64,000 bases of DNA, from NCBI RefSeq assembly GCF_000150275.1, contig NW_002060944.1, forward strand, positions 5,353,096-5,417,095, given 5' to 3'. The stretch is from Trichoplax adhaerens. Its lineage: Eukaryota > Animalia > Placozoa. The position numbers and the translations under genes are program-made. The stretch's first letter is position 1, and the number at the start of each line of letters is the position of its first letter. The notes under the pieces are model-generated. The model made no database searches. It saw only the letters and a program-made list of their open reading frames with translations, and was not told where the DNA came from. Positions 1 through 12,660 of this stretch are shown here, piece by piece.

Positions 1-489
1 AACTAATACCAAACTTTATTGAAAAAATCACTCAATTTATAGTAAATCCACTTAAATATTAATTGCTTAATTATCAATTTATAGGTAATATTATATAACT
101 ATGCAGTTATGTATTAAGACATGTAAAGTTATCTTATGGAAATTATACTACGATAACTATGCAAAAATTACTCTGTAACAACTTTATAGCCTAATAATTC
201 CTCAGCAGTATTTTCAGATCGATCGAGCAACCGTGAAATATTTTTATCTATCTACAGTTCATTCCACATCCACTCCTCATTTCCAAATCGATCAATTACT
301 AGTCATGATTTGAGTATTCAGCCACTACTTTATGAAATCGACTTCATTTCATATCATATAACAACCATTTCCTAAACATAGCTAACTATTAGTAATTTAT
401 AATTTTGATATTGGATGAAGTCTGATTAGAATAGTTGCAGAATGTAACTATAAGAGCAAGCAATATTCATTGATCTTTATTGTGGGTAG

Positions 490-3400
490 ATGTTGATGTC
501 AGAGGTATCGATGAAATTGCTCCTCTTCACGTGGCTGCCAGGCATAACCATAGTGAAGCAGCAAAGACACTATTATCTTTACAAGCAAAATCTGATATTG
601 GAGATGATGATGGTGATACTCCATTGCATGTCGCTGCCAAGTTAGGCTATCCTAACGTTTGTAAGGTTAGTAAAGAAACAAATTCGAAAAATGATAACTA
701 TACAGTAGGTATAGTTTTGCTTCAAATCATAGACAGCTTACCTAGAGTAGTCTAATAACAATATTGCTGATATCATCTCAATGATATACATTTGTCGCTT
801 GATATATCCCATTTTTTATCAGATCTTGATTGAACATAATCCATCGCTGATCAACAAAGTCAACAAGGATAAAGTAACCCCGTTACATATAGCATGCAGG
901 AGGAATAGACTCTTAGTCTGTCAACTATTGGTAATTTTTAATAACAGATAATGTTGAAAAATATTCCAATAAAGCAAACATAAACTTGCTTGATAATATT
1001 AAATAGGCATTTGTATATTTAAAATCGATGATACTGAAATAGATTGGTAATGCTGCTAATGCTATGCTCAAATCGGTGGATGGTAGTTTACCTATTCACT
1101 TTGCAGCATCTAAAGGCAGTTGCGAAATTATCGAACTATTGCTGGACATTGCTGCTTCTCGTAGCGAGCCTAAAACCAACCATTTAGCTATGCAGGATAA
1201 TGAGGGGAAAACTGCTCTACATAGGGCTGTTCAAGGTGGACATGTAAAAGTAAGGAAACATCATTATGAATTTCTACTACTATAATGATTGACCAACTTA
1301 CTTATTGCGGTACATAGTTAAACTTAAAATGCCATATAGATCTAAATTGAAATTTTCCTTAGCTCAATAGCAGTAAATATCTGCTGACAATGTTGCTAAC
1401 TTGACTACTATTTTTCCCTTAGGCAGCAATTACATGTCTGCATAGTGGATCTGATATCATGGCTACTATGGTAATAAAAGTTATTTTGAAGATCTTGAGT
1501 CTAAGATACAGACAATTTTACCACAACCGCTATTCAGTCTAAATTCTTTTTGTAAAATTAATTGCAGAATGATGGGCTTACACCTTTACACGTAGCAGCC
1601 AGTATTGGATCACCAACCCTAACTAGAATTCTGCTAAAAGATGGAGCACAAATCAATGCCAAGTGTGTCATAGGCCGAACTCCAATTCATTTAGCATCTT
1701 CGTTTGGTCATACTTCTGTAATCAAAATTTTATTAAATCAGGTAGTTTATGTAGACTAATGAAGATTATCATGCTGCTGTTTCAATATAAGCTTCTATTT
1801 ACATATTTGCATGAAAATATTCAAGAAATAAGTATAGTAGCCTCGTTGCTACTACGTTAGGTTCGTAGTTTAAAGATATTACAGTATTAGACGGACTTAG
1901 ATTACTTCAGCGTTTCATCATCACAATAATCATAAAAATAAGCGATTGCGAAGGGATGATAGATTAAAACCTTGAGATGCATGCAATCTTTCACAAATAT
2001 CTTTCATCAGAAATGATAGAGATGGCATTGGCTTAAGCACGCTTTTCAGTTAAATATTAGCAAGTTACAGTCTAAATTGTGCAGCATTTTTTCATCGAAA
2101 GAGATGAAGTAAAATTCTTAATGCAAATTTTCATTCCTGTATGTTTAATTCCAATCTTTTTAAAAAGTTTTCACCAAACTAAATCTGCTTTTTAAACCAC
2201 AATATCATAAATACAAGAAAAAAATTACTGAGATTGTCATTCTCGCATCAAACCAGACTTTACTGCACTCATAAGAAATCATATCTGATTCGGATAAGCA
2301 ATCATGTTGACTAAATCAAACTTAATTCTTCTTATTTTTAGGGAGCTGAAATCAACATTGTCGATGATAAATTTCAAACTCCGCTCATGGTTGCCACAGA
2401 AAATGGAAATTTATCATCCATTAATGAACTAATTTATCAAGGTGCAGATGTTTCAGTGGTAGACGATCAAAATAGAAACTGTTTACATCTAGCTAGTCGA
2501 GCAGGTCATCTAGAAGCTCTAATTGCTATTTTTAAGGTGATGGAACGATGATATCCACTTTTAAAGTTGCTATGAATGGGTTCTATTAGAACTAAGAATC
2601 TTTATCGTCGCATTTACAGAATTAGCTCATAGTTTGTGTTGATTTCTATCAATATTTATAGCATGGTGGACAAGGCTATGTCGATATTTTAGATAGCTTA
2701 GACAGAACTCCAATCCATTATGCAGCTGAAGCTGGCCATCATAGAGTAAGATAATTAAATATCATATTTGCACATGAAATTTTTTCCTGCTCTCACGTCC
2801 TTTTCTGGTAATACGTTAAAACTTTTAATTTAAATGTTTCTTGTTTTTAAATCCTCTCTCGATAGATCATTGAACTATTGCTAGCCAATGATGCTGGATT
2901 AGAATTTTCTGATGCAGACGATAACTTACCAATCCATTTAGCATGCAAGTAAGTTCCTGAAATGATCATTAGCCAAATGAAATAGACTGCATTTTGCCTT
3001 GACTTTAATGCTACCTGAATCTAAAGGTAGAAAAGAAAGATGTAGCCTAATAATGTCATTAGAATACAATTGAAGATGTTTCTGCCAAATTATATGAGAA
3101 AATGGCTTCCTTTTAATTATGCAGATGCAGTCTATGTAGATTTCAGCTGTAAATCAGTTCAATATTTGTATTTACCTCAATTGCGCATAATTCTAATTCA
3201 GTATCTCAATCTATCTGTTATGGCCATATAGGTCTGCTAATATCGCAAGTGTTAAAGTTTTATGCGATAAAAGCTTAACACATTTAAACAGTCCTGGAGA
3301 GCGCTCACGCACACCTCTTCACCATGCCATCGTCAATAATCTTATTCCTATTGTTGATTTTTTGATCAAATATGGAGCAAACGTTAATAAAAGGTAATTT

Positions 3401-6400
3401 TATGAAGTTATAATCTCGTTTGCCAGCGTTACTATATAGAATTAAAATTACCACTAGTTATTTGCTTGAGCCACGATTGAATATTGTACGTAAAATAGAT
3501 GTTCTAAGCAGTACTAATCAATTATAAAAATCAAGATATTTAATTAAGCTTAGTATTAGATGACTCGCGTCTATCAATTTCTTAGTATATTTATTGAATC
3601 TCTTTATTTCTACCAGAGATGGCAGCTATCGAACGCCACTATTATTAGCTGCTGAAAGGGGTTATTTTGATATCACCAAAATACTTCTGGAAAATAATGC
3701 TGCTATTAATGATCGAGCATCGGATGGTGTAAGTAAAATACTTTAATTCCTACTCTCAAGCTGACATATTCGAAGATAGCTAAATCTATTTTTCATAATA
3801 ATTTTTTTATAAATCTGATATAATAATGTTACATTTAAAATATCCCTATAGAAAACCGCTCTACATGCTGCTGCGACTTCAGATAACATTGAAATTACTG
3901 AGTTTCTACTCGCTAATGGAGCTGAAATTCTTAATGATAATGACAATAGAACTTGTCTTGATATTGCAATTGAAAATCAAAGCAAGAATGTTGCTATGGC
4001 TATCGTGAAGCAAAAAAAGTAAATGCAATCTGTTTACTCAATATTAAAATAGTAATTTGAGCTACAATATCCAATGATATATAACTTTACAAGAATTAAA
4101 GCCTAAAATTTTCAATCCTTACCCCGGAATTTACACGGTATATTATAAGCTGCCCTATTAATCAAAAGTATTTGTTTACTACCATGCTAAAAAGAATTAA
4201 AGATCTATTTATGAAAGTAGATGAAGAAGGTAGAACAGTAATGCAACGATTAGTTGAACAGCTTCCCGATGCAGCTCAGGTATGCTTACGAAATTAGCCA
4301 ATATTTTTCAACTCCATGCAGCATTTCTAATTATAATCCAATAGTTACGATTTTTCAACATAAGAGACTTTTACAGTTATTTATAAATATTCTATTACCA
4401 ATGATGATCATTTCTACTATTCTAATCCTATTAATTATGGTGCATTAGATGGTCATGGATCGCTGCATTACTCGATCCAAACATTTTAAAGGGCGCCAAA
4501 GTCGCGAAGTAAGTCAAATAAACTAATTATAAAGAGTTGGTTAAGATCTTGTTCACAAAATTTTACGCCATACATGTGTGCAGTTCTGATTTAGCCACTG
4601 AAAGCTACGGTATGCAAATATCTCTTACTAGGTTACATACGATTTCTCTTTCATTGATCCCGGGCCAACATTTGAAGAAGAAAATTTTTTAGTAAATCAA
4701 GATGACAAAAAGACATCAATTAATTGCAATGCTGTACAGGTAATTGCAGATAATTATAATTACAGCTTTAAGGCAGCTGCTTAAATATGGAGATCGTTCT
4801 ATTAGTCTTAGCAAGGTTGTTTTTATAATTATTTTCAATTCTACCGTCTCATAATCATATAATTGCTTACGAATGAATTTTTTCCTCAACTCTAACATCT
4901 CGATAACACAGTAGTTTCGAATGCCATCAATTAATGATTTATCATACTAAACAAGCAGAATAATAATTTCTTCCCAATTTTAGACTATGAGAAAATTGAA
5001 AAGAGGCAATTTAGTGAATCATGAACTATCAAAAGCCTTACTAGACTACAAATGGTAAGAGGATAAATAATATCTCCTCCTTAATCGGTTTTAGCTTTAA
5101 ATCAGCTTATCATTCCGCTTATTGCTAAATATAATTCCGGTATACCCATTTCATAGGAGAAAGTTTGGTGCTTACGTATTCTACGCCAATCTATCCATCT
5201 ATGTTATCTACTTGAGTTTATTAACTCATTTCACCGTCAGCCTGAAAGCTAGTCCAAAGAATAATTCTTTTAGCTCGGCTTTTAATCCAGCTCCAGTAAC
5301 AGTCGCTCCAACGACATCTTCGATAACATTGCCAGACAACAGTAGCATTTTTTCCACTATTACTACCGATCGGGTTTGTACTCTCATCACAAAGATTTCT
5401 AAAGTTACTTGACACCTTTTGCAATAGCTGATTGAATTATATCCTTAACTACTTGCTTAATTGCTATAGTTCCGCATAAATCTTTATTTTAGTATTGTAT
5501 GTACACAATTCATATAGCCAGTAACCGATTTTCTAATTACCTTTCGCACTCATAATCTTAGCCCCACTTATCAACACTTAAGATGATCTGTGATAGTATT
5601 TGAGAGCATCGCACGCATAAGTTGAACTTGGAACAGTATAACTAATTATTGTTTTTCTAAAACACTCTTACGGATTATAATTTGAGGATACCCTTGAAAT
5701 CCTACTATAATGAACTGCAAAGATATCTCAATCTTCCTTTCACCAAACTTGAATCTGTAATAGTTCATTTCTAGCCACTCTTAAAATACTTTAAATTGAA
5801 AACTACCTTCAGGATCTGCTACAGTGATTCACTATGATATCTTATTTCAATTTGGCACAAACTGAAACTAAACAGTCCATTTACTGTACTAGCATTTACT
5901 TCAGCAGTTATCGTTTAACTCTTTGAAAATAAGCTATAATGACCTATGATAAACAATTAACGTATCATGTGCACTATTTGAGCCTTATGCCACAGATATT
6001 TTCTGTAATTATTTCCAATAATGTCCTGTTCTATCTTATATTCAGATCAAATCTATAGCCAATTTGTTTATTTAACTTCATTTGAACTTTTAGAATTTGA
6101 GCCACCAACAATATTTGCAGTATAAATGTGGCATTCCATATTATCTAATGCAGATCTTAAAATCGCCGTAAAATAATCTTTAGAATCTTTTCTACGATTA
6201 TAATTTAACTTACATTATTGGCTTTAATGATACATATTCGATTTTTGGGGGATGATAAGGACATCTTAAAACCTAAAATAATTCATTAAGTTACATTTTT
6301 TACCTTCTTTGATAATTATTGCCTTTAATTTAAATCATTTTCAAAAATGGTGTAAATTATAAACTATGATATCTTAGTGTAACTCATGTGCAAACATTGA

Positions 6401-9400
6401 TCAATTAGGTTCCAAGGCCGTTCAATATAGTTATTCAAGTATCTGTCCTCGTTTTTTCTATTATCAACTTACTAAAGGAATGCTATCAACTATTACATTT
6501 GGTAAGTTAAACAACTAGTATATATTTAAATATTTTTGAATTTCATTCAATTTTATTTCTCCCCTGCAAGTAACCGTCAGACGATGATTATTCATTTTTT
6601 AATTTACTTTTTCAAGTATATTATTGGGACGCTAATTTGACATATGAGTTTTGCATTAAAGCAGACTTAAGTTCAAAAATTTAAGAAATGCTAAAGTTCC
6701 TATCGTTATGCACGATAACAGGTCAAACTACCATCCTTAGGGTTATAAGGGGGCACAGAACCCATTCACTACTATTACTATAACTGAAGTAATAATAAAT
6801 AGAATCTGAAATGGATATATATGTAGTAACAGTCGTAAATATAACTATTTCTTATACAGTACCAATGAATTTGAAGAGAATCGAGTAGGCACTAATTCAT
6901 GTACTTGACACTGGTATGTTTTCAGGACTTGAATTTGCCTTACGGGTATATGTTCTATAATTCATTTGCAACGTTATAGTCGATAGTAAGTTGAATCGAA
7001 GCATTACCCACGCTGTAAATGTCATGAGGGTTTAAAAGACATATTAAAATTAAATCAGATATGATCAAATGCTTTTACTATAAATTAAAGCTTTGCTAAG
7101 AAAGTCAACTTTGTATGCAATTGCTTATCGTTTAGTAGATTAACAGAAATATCTATAAAATAAAGAAATTAGCTTTATCTGTTTTGATCTATTTCGATTA
7201 TTTGATTTGAAAAGTAGCATCTAAACGATTAGAGTTTTATAAAAATAGAACTTTCATGTGCTATAATTTGCACAAGAATAGGTATAAATGGGCCAAAGAT
7301 ATAGTTTAGACTGCATTGAAAAGTGTTTGATATTTCTGATCTTTGGAATACAGGGTTTTGCCTATTTTAAGAATATTGGTAACTACATGGAAATATTTAT
7401 GTATATTTCAACGTTGATATTGATTACTCCACCTGGAAGAGTTCCAAATGATTGGCAATGGCTATTTGGATCATTTGCACTCTTTCTATCATGGATTAAC
7501 CTTTTGCTTTTCATGGAAAGGTATCCTTTAGAATTATTTTTACCAAATATTATCTACGCCTATAAGAATTACTTAATCAGCTAAAAACTTTGCCGCAATT
7601 GATAAATAACATAACTATTGAAGTAAATTTTTAAGATTTGCTTTTATAATCATAATGAGATTGAATTTCGTTTAGGATATCTGCTTTAGGTATCTATGTT
7701 ATCATGTTAAAGTCCGTACTGTTGACCTTTCTGCGGGTAATTGAATCAATATTAGAATTAAGCTAACACCTACAATGACTGCTTCAAACCTGCAACTATT
7801 CATTTGAAATTATAATTAACTATCCAATTGGATCATTAAACTCTTTGGGTAACATAGATCCTCGTTGTTCTTACCATTTTTATGGTGGCCTTTGCATTTG
7901 CATTTACAATCTTAGCAGGATCAGAAGTAAGCAGAAACATTTTAAAATAAATTGAATAATATTACATACAATATGATCTATATCCCGTAAGCATCACATC
8001 AATATTATTTATAATACTCTTACGTTATATTGATAATATTACTAAGGTATAAAGTCTTTTATATAATTCTAGGATGTTTTTAGCACTATTTCATTAGCTA
8101 TGATTAAGGTTTTGGACATGATGGTGGGAGAAATTGATTACAAAGATGTCTTTGTGACTGCTATTAGTGGTAGAACTATTAAATATCCGGATAATTATGT
8201 TCTCGTTGCTTTTCTCGTCATCTTTATCTTCCTCATGCCAATCTTACTGATGAATTTAATGGTAAAAGCTTAAATATTATAGATATATATATATAAAAGT
8301 AATTTGCTATATATGAGATTATGCAAAAAAGTTATAAAATGAAAACTGACACTTTCTTAATGGTTATAACTATTTGTTTATGGAAAATGTAGATTGGTTT
8401 AGCAATTGGAGATATCGACAAAATTCAAAGAAATGCAAATATAAGGCGCTTAGGCATTCAGATTGATTTTTTAGACGATTTAGAGCGATCATTACCAAGA
8501 TGGTTACGGAAAAAATTTCACTGCGTCAAAGATATACGGAATACCCAAAAATATTTATATAAGGTATTGGTCTAATGTAAAACTAGCTAGGAGAATACTT
8601 GTAGAGTAACTTGATGGAAAAAGGAGCTACTTAATGTAAAATACTTGTAAAATTAATGGAAAGAATATTAAGTAATGCTTATGGGCAGTTATAAGCAGCC
8701 AGTGTGGGATATCAGTTGCAATTCAATCTTAACATAGCGAGGGAAATGTATGTAAGCATTGTTGATAGATAAGAGATACTAGTACAAACTCACGTCGCTT
8801 TGCTGACGGTTTACGATAATGTACCCATTTGTTAATAATTAACAGATACATATATGAAATATTTAGCAAACTATAAGTATTACATGATATTAGGTGCAAA
8901 CATGATCGAAACGATGGTTATGATATCAATAGATAGAAATAATAAATTGTTGTAAAGTATAATAGTAATTTGATATTAAAGGAACGGAAACCTTGCTAGT
9001 AATTGCAGCTTTTATAATTATTAATTGATTCTACTATAGCAGTTAGTATCTTGACTAATTTTAAATTGGAATGAAATCTTTTTATCATTTTAGTTCTACG
9101 CTTACGTTTATGGTGAAGTTACTTCTAAAAATGAGGAGGATGTAGAGGAATTTTATATTGAGCAAATTGATCGAGTTTTAACAGAGTTGGATTGGCAAAA
9201 GAAGCAGTAAATTCAACATAAGAATAGATTATAAAATAAGTACTAGGATTACTATAATATTATTATCATCCATGACCTATTTGACTATTTTCTTGATATA
9301 GAATAAGAGGAATATTTACAGAAATGGATAAAATGATGGAGACTATACTCGAAATTCAAAGCTTTCAAGAATTCTCACATCATGCACCAAAGGGAGGATC

Positions 9401-9494
9401 AATGCAGTCTGAAGACTCTAAAAAATCAGAAGGCCCTAAGGCGTTACTAAGTCCTGAAGCATCAGATACTTCGGATGAGAAGACCTACTTGTAG
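490..9494 (+). CDS. TRPA1: TRPA1-like ankyrin-repeat cation channel, copy A (5'-partial; exons 3-26 of 26)
   Basis: Manually joined GT-AG exons keep an open frame: 490-665, 823-930, 1043-1249, 1423-1470, 1568-1741, 2342-2536, 2662-2745, 2866-2948, 3232-3393, 3617-3728, 3852-4018, 4195-4279, 4449-4508, 4632-4739, 4984-5054, 5157-5373, 6409-6501, 7354-7520, 7676-7736, 7858-7926, 8073-8261, 8393-8563, 9094-9206, 9302-9494 (TAG). Serial TPLH-type ankyrin repeats, pre-S1 LDYKW, six TM helices, pore MMVGEIDY, S6 MPILLMNLMIGLAIGDI, TRP-like helix; ends EKTYL*. Confidence 0.93.
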
Positions 9495-12400
9495 AAATTC
9501 AATTTTCCAATACCCTATATATGTGATGCACCAAGTATCTAGCTTATACTTTCATTACAATTACAGTACCAATCACAAGATCTTTAATTTATATTTGGCT
9601 TCCATAAACGTAATGTTAAATTCTAGCAATTGGACTTATAAACATCACTTGTATTATGTGTAATTATTATTTGAAACAGATAAATATTTTACTTGGTCTA
9701 TTACAACGACATTTATTTGTCTTAGGCGGAGCTTTACTGAATGATAGATTAAAATATCTGCACCTCCGATATTTTAGAAATCTCGTTTCGTGTTGTGATT
9801 TATAATTTTTGCTATAAGAAATTAAGCGTACGTATAATTAGAAAGGTTGTCTATACGTTTTATACTAAATCGATCTATATTTTAGCCAATATGAAATTTA
9901 CTTCAGCAACTTTGCAATTCTTCAATCATTTTTCATCTTTACTACCATAAATAGATATACGCGTGTTCATGGATTTAGTAGCATACTCTGACTTAATAAT
10001 AATGGAGTGTTGAGAAAATGAGGGCAATCTAATAGCTTTCAATCTTAATTTAATCTTTAAATGGATACATATTTGCTATGGTATTACATTATTCTTATTA
10101 CAATTACCTAAAGCTATATAACATGCATAAATATACTGCAGCTCGTTATGAAAGTAACGTAGAAAAGGACTGTTATTAGTACTCGAATCTAAGGAAAGAA
10201 ATATCAAAAGATTCGCTCAAAAGGGAATAATATCTGTTATTGGCAAAATGATAAATAGGCGCGGACACTGAACGAGCTATATGCCCGATCTCGTAGTCCC
10301 TTTGATTATTTATGTTGAATATAATATGTATGCAAAAGATGTTCTTTCAAATAGCAATAGAGTAGACTAGCAGCGATAGGCTAGATATAACATCCCTTCG
10401 ATCGTTTGCTTTCAGAATCGGTTTTCTATATAGCTATTAACATAGATGGCTGTAGAATGTGCAGTCTGGCTATTGTACGTCTTTGATTCTGTATTTTCCT
10501 CGTTACCTTCTTAAAATCACTAACATAAATCTCTACGTACTGATTTAAACAAATAATAAGGCTCCTAGAACAGGTATACGCATCTGTTATTAATTTCATC
10601 GTCATTTAAATGCAACGATCTCAATATGACGAATTATCTAAGATAAATCTTAAAGAAATAGCAATTATTCGCTTTTATCATCATCTACGCCTAGCAAATA
10701 TAACCTAGGCTTACAAATATAAGTTAGATCAATGTCGAATTAAGCCAGTGCAAGTTACAGTACGTACTATTCCTTCAGTCATTTATTTTTGTAGTCTCCA
10801 TTTATATGCTCTAGCTGTTGAAATAGATTACAGCATTACAAGAGAGATTTTACCATTTCCGCTAATACAAGCTGTAGGGAACCGTAGTTAGTGGAAAGGG
10901 AAGGGTGTGTCAGATTAGGGAGGAATTTTTTTGATAATTTTGTGATAGAATTGTAGAAGTTTAGAGATAGTATCGCGGGTTTTACTGCTCTACTACTATA
11001 GACTAGCTTACACGGACCTTTTAAAATATTGTAATAAAAGCAGATTTTATCTTCAGTTCGTAGGCCTAACTTTATTATGGCCTAGTAAACTTATACAGAA
11101 TAAAATGTAGTCAACCGCAATACACAAGCAAATATCCTTGACCAATAGCTGCTAATAGAGAATTTAGAAGCATATTATTTACGCTAGGTGATTTATGCTA
11201 GATAATTTAATATATGTAATGGTAGAGTTGGGTACAATCATTGCTGTGGTATCACTCATGATGGATAACAATTGAAGTATGGGATGCAATAAGTTGTGTA
11301 ATATGAAAACGGCAAAGATTGGAATTTTAAGCTGGATAAATTAAACAGTTGCAGTGTAGGTTGAAAAATAAAGGACAGCTAGAGATTAAGAATATTATTA
11401 TTCAGCACCGCAATAATAATGTAGTATAGTGACACTATGAATTAGTGTAAATTGATATTGAATAAGAAGAATTCTATTTCATCCTTTCCTTCCACAGGCG
11501 GTATTTCTGTATCAAATGGTACATTATACTGCGAGCTAATTCTAATTAATCTGCCTACATGAAGAGTGACGTGCCTTGATAACCTGCAGTTATTTTTGGT
11601 TCTTATAATTTTATAATTGCCACTTATACCTTAAAGTAAGCCAAGAACATAACTTATAACAAGGTATAGTTCGTTATGGGCCTATGATGCTCATAATATC
11701 AACAGTTTACTACTCGAAATATGACTACCATACTGTAACTGCTTTTCAGTTATTTCTAGTTCAAGATCTAGTTTTTTGTTCTTTGTCAGTGTATAAAGTA
11801 TGATTAGATCATTAATTAATTTTATGCATTGATCGAAAACAAAAGAAATATCATTAACAAATAGCATTGTCAGCTATTGCAATTTTTTGTTCTTATCTAT
11901 GGGCGAATCTATGCGAATATAAATTATGCATTTCTACTGCCTTTTTGATTATTTCTGAACTGCGGTACTAAATTAATAAGTTGACGAAGAGACAGGATCG
12001 ATAAACTAATGACCATTTCCAATCATTCAGCTCTAAAATAATTGCAATAAAGTACTATTTGGATTAAATTATCATAAGTGATATGACTCTAGCTTCTTGG
12101 ATGAAAGATTTATTAGTAATTAGTTAGCAGAGTATTTAAAATCAATTACCGCCTTGTTACAGTGTATTAGTTAGCTATCTATTAATTTAGAGGGCTATAT
12201 AAACTGTCTTCGTGCATCATTCCGTAAATTTGGATTCAATTATTGAGCTGAGAATTTCGAATATTGACACGTTCTGACGGTTCATTTCTTGGCTGCCATG
12301 AAATTAAAAGTACATTAATTGCAAAAATTTTATAGTTAATCAGCTTAACTTTATAATATTAAAAAAATATTGTAAATAAAGCTGGAATAAAACGGAGATG

Positions 12401-12548
12401 TTGCGATTGCTGGTATAATTTTATTATTTTATCGCCCGATTGCAATTTTTTTCCATTTAACCTTCAATTACATAATTATGCTTGTCAAATAATCGGAAAT
12501 TTGAATACGTTGATAGATCTCAGAAATTAGAAAGTAAAAAAAGCCAAA

Positions 12549-12660
12549 ATGAAATCACGAGAGGAACTAGAGTGCTTAGTTCTCATGATATTTTTCGAGC
12601 AAGGTCATAAAGCAAGAGAAACGATTTAAAATTTAGCGAAAAAGTTCTCTTCGATAGACG
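12549..12660 (+). mobile_element. Possible relic of a mariner transposase N-terminus
   Basis: Translates MKSREELECLVLMIFFEQGHKARETI*NLAKKF (TAA 12627-12629), resembling the first HTH region of mariner transposases (Hsmar1-type FEFKMGRKAAETTRNINNAF). No catalytic domain or clear TIRs seen. Confidence 0.4.

Noticed and set aside
3743-5424. Short minus-strand and alternate-frame ORFs overlapping TRPA exons (also at 43388, 45252 and 58122)
   Set aside because: They are shadows of real coding exons with no independent coding signal.
10875-11020. G-rich segment with weak inverted ends, possibly a MITE relic
   Set aside because: Terminal similarity is too weak to support a call.
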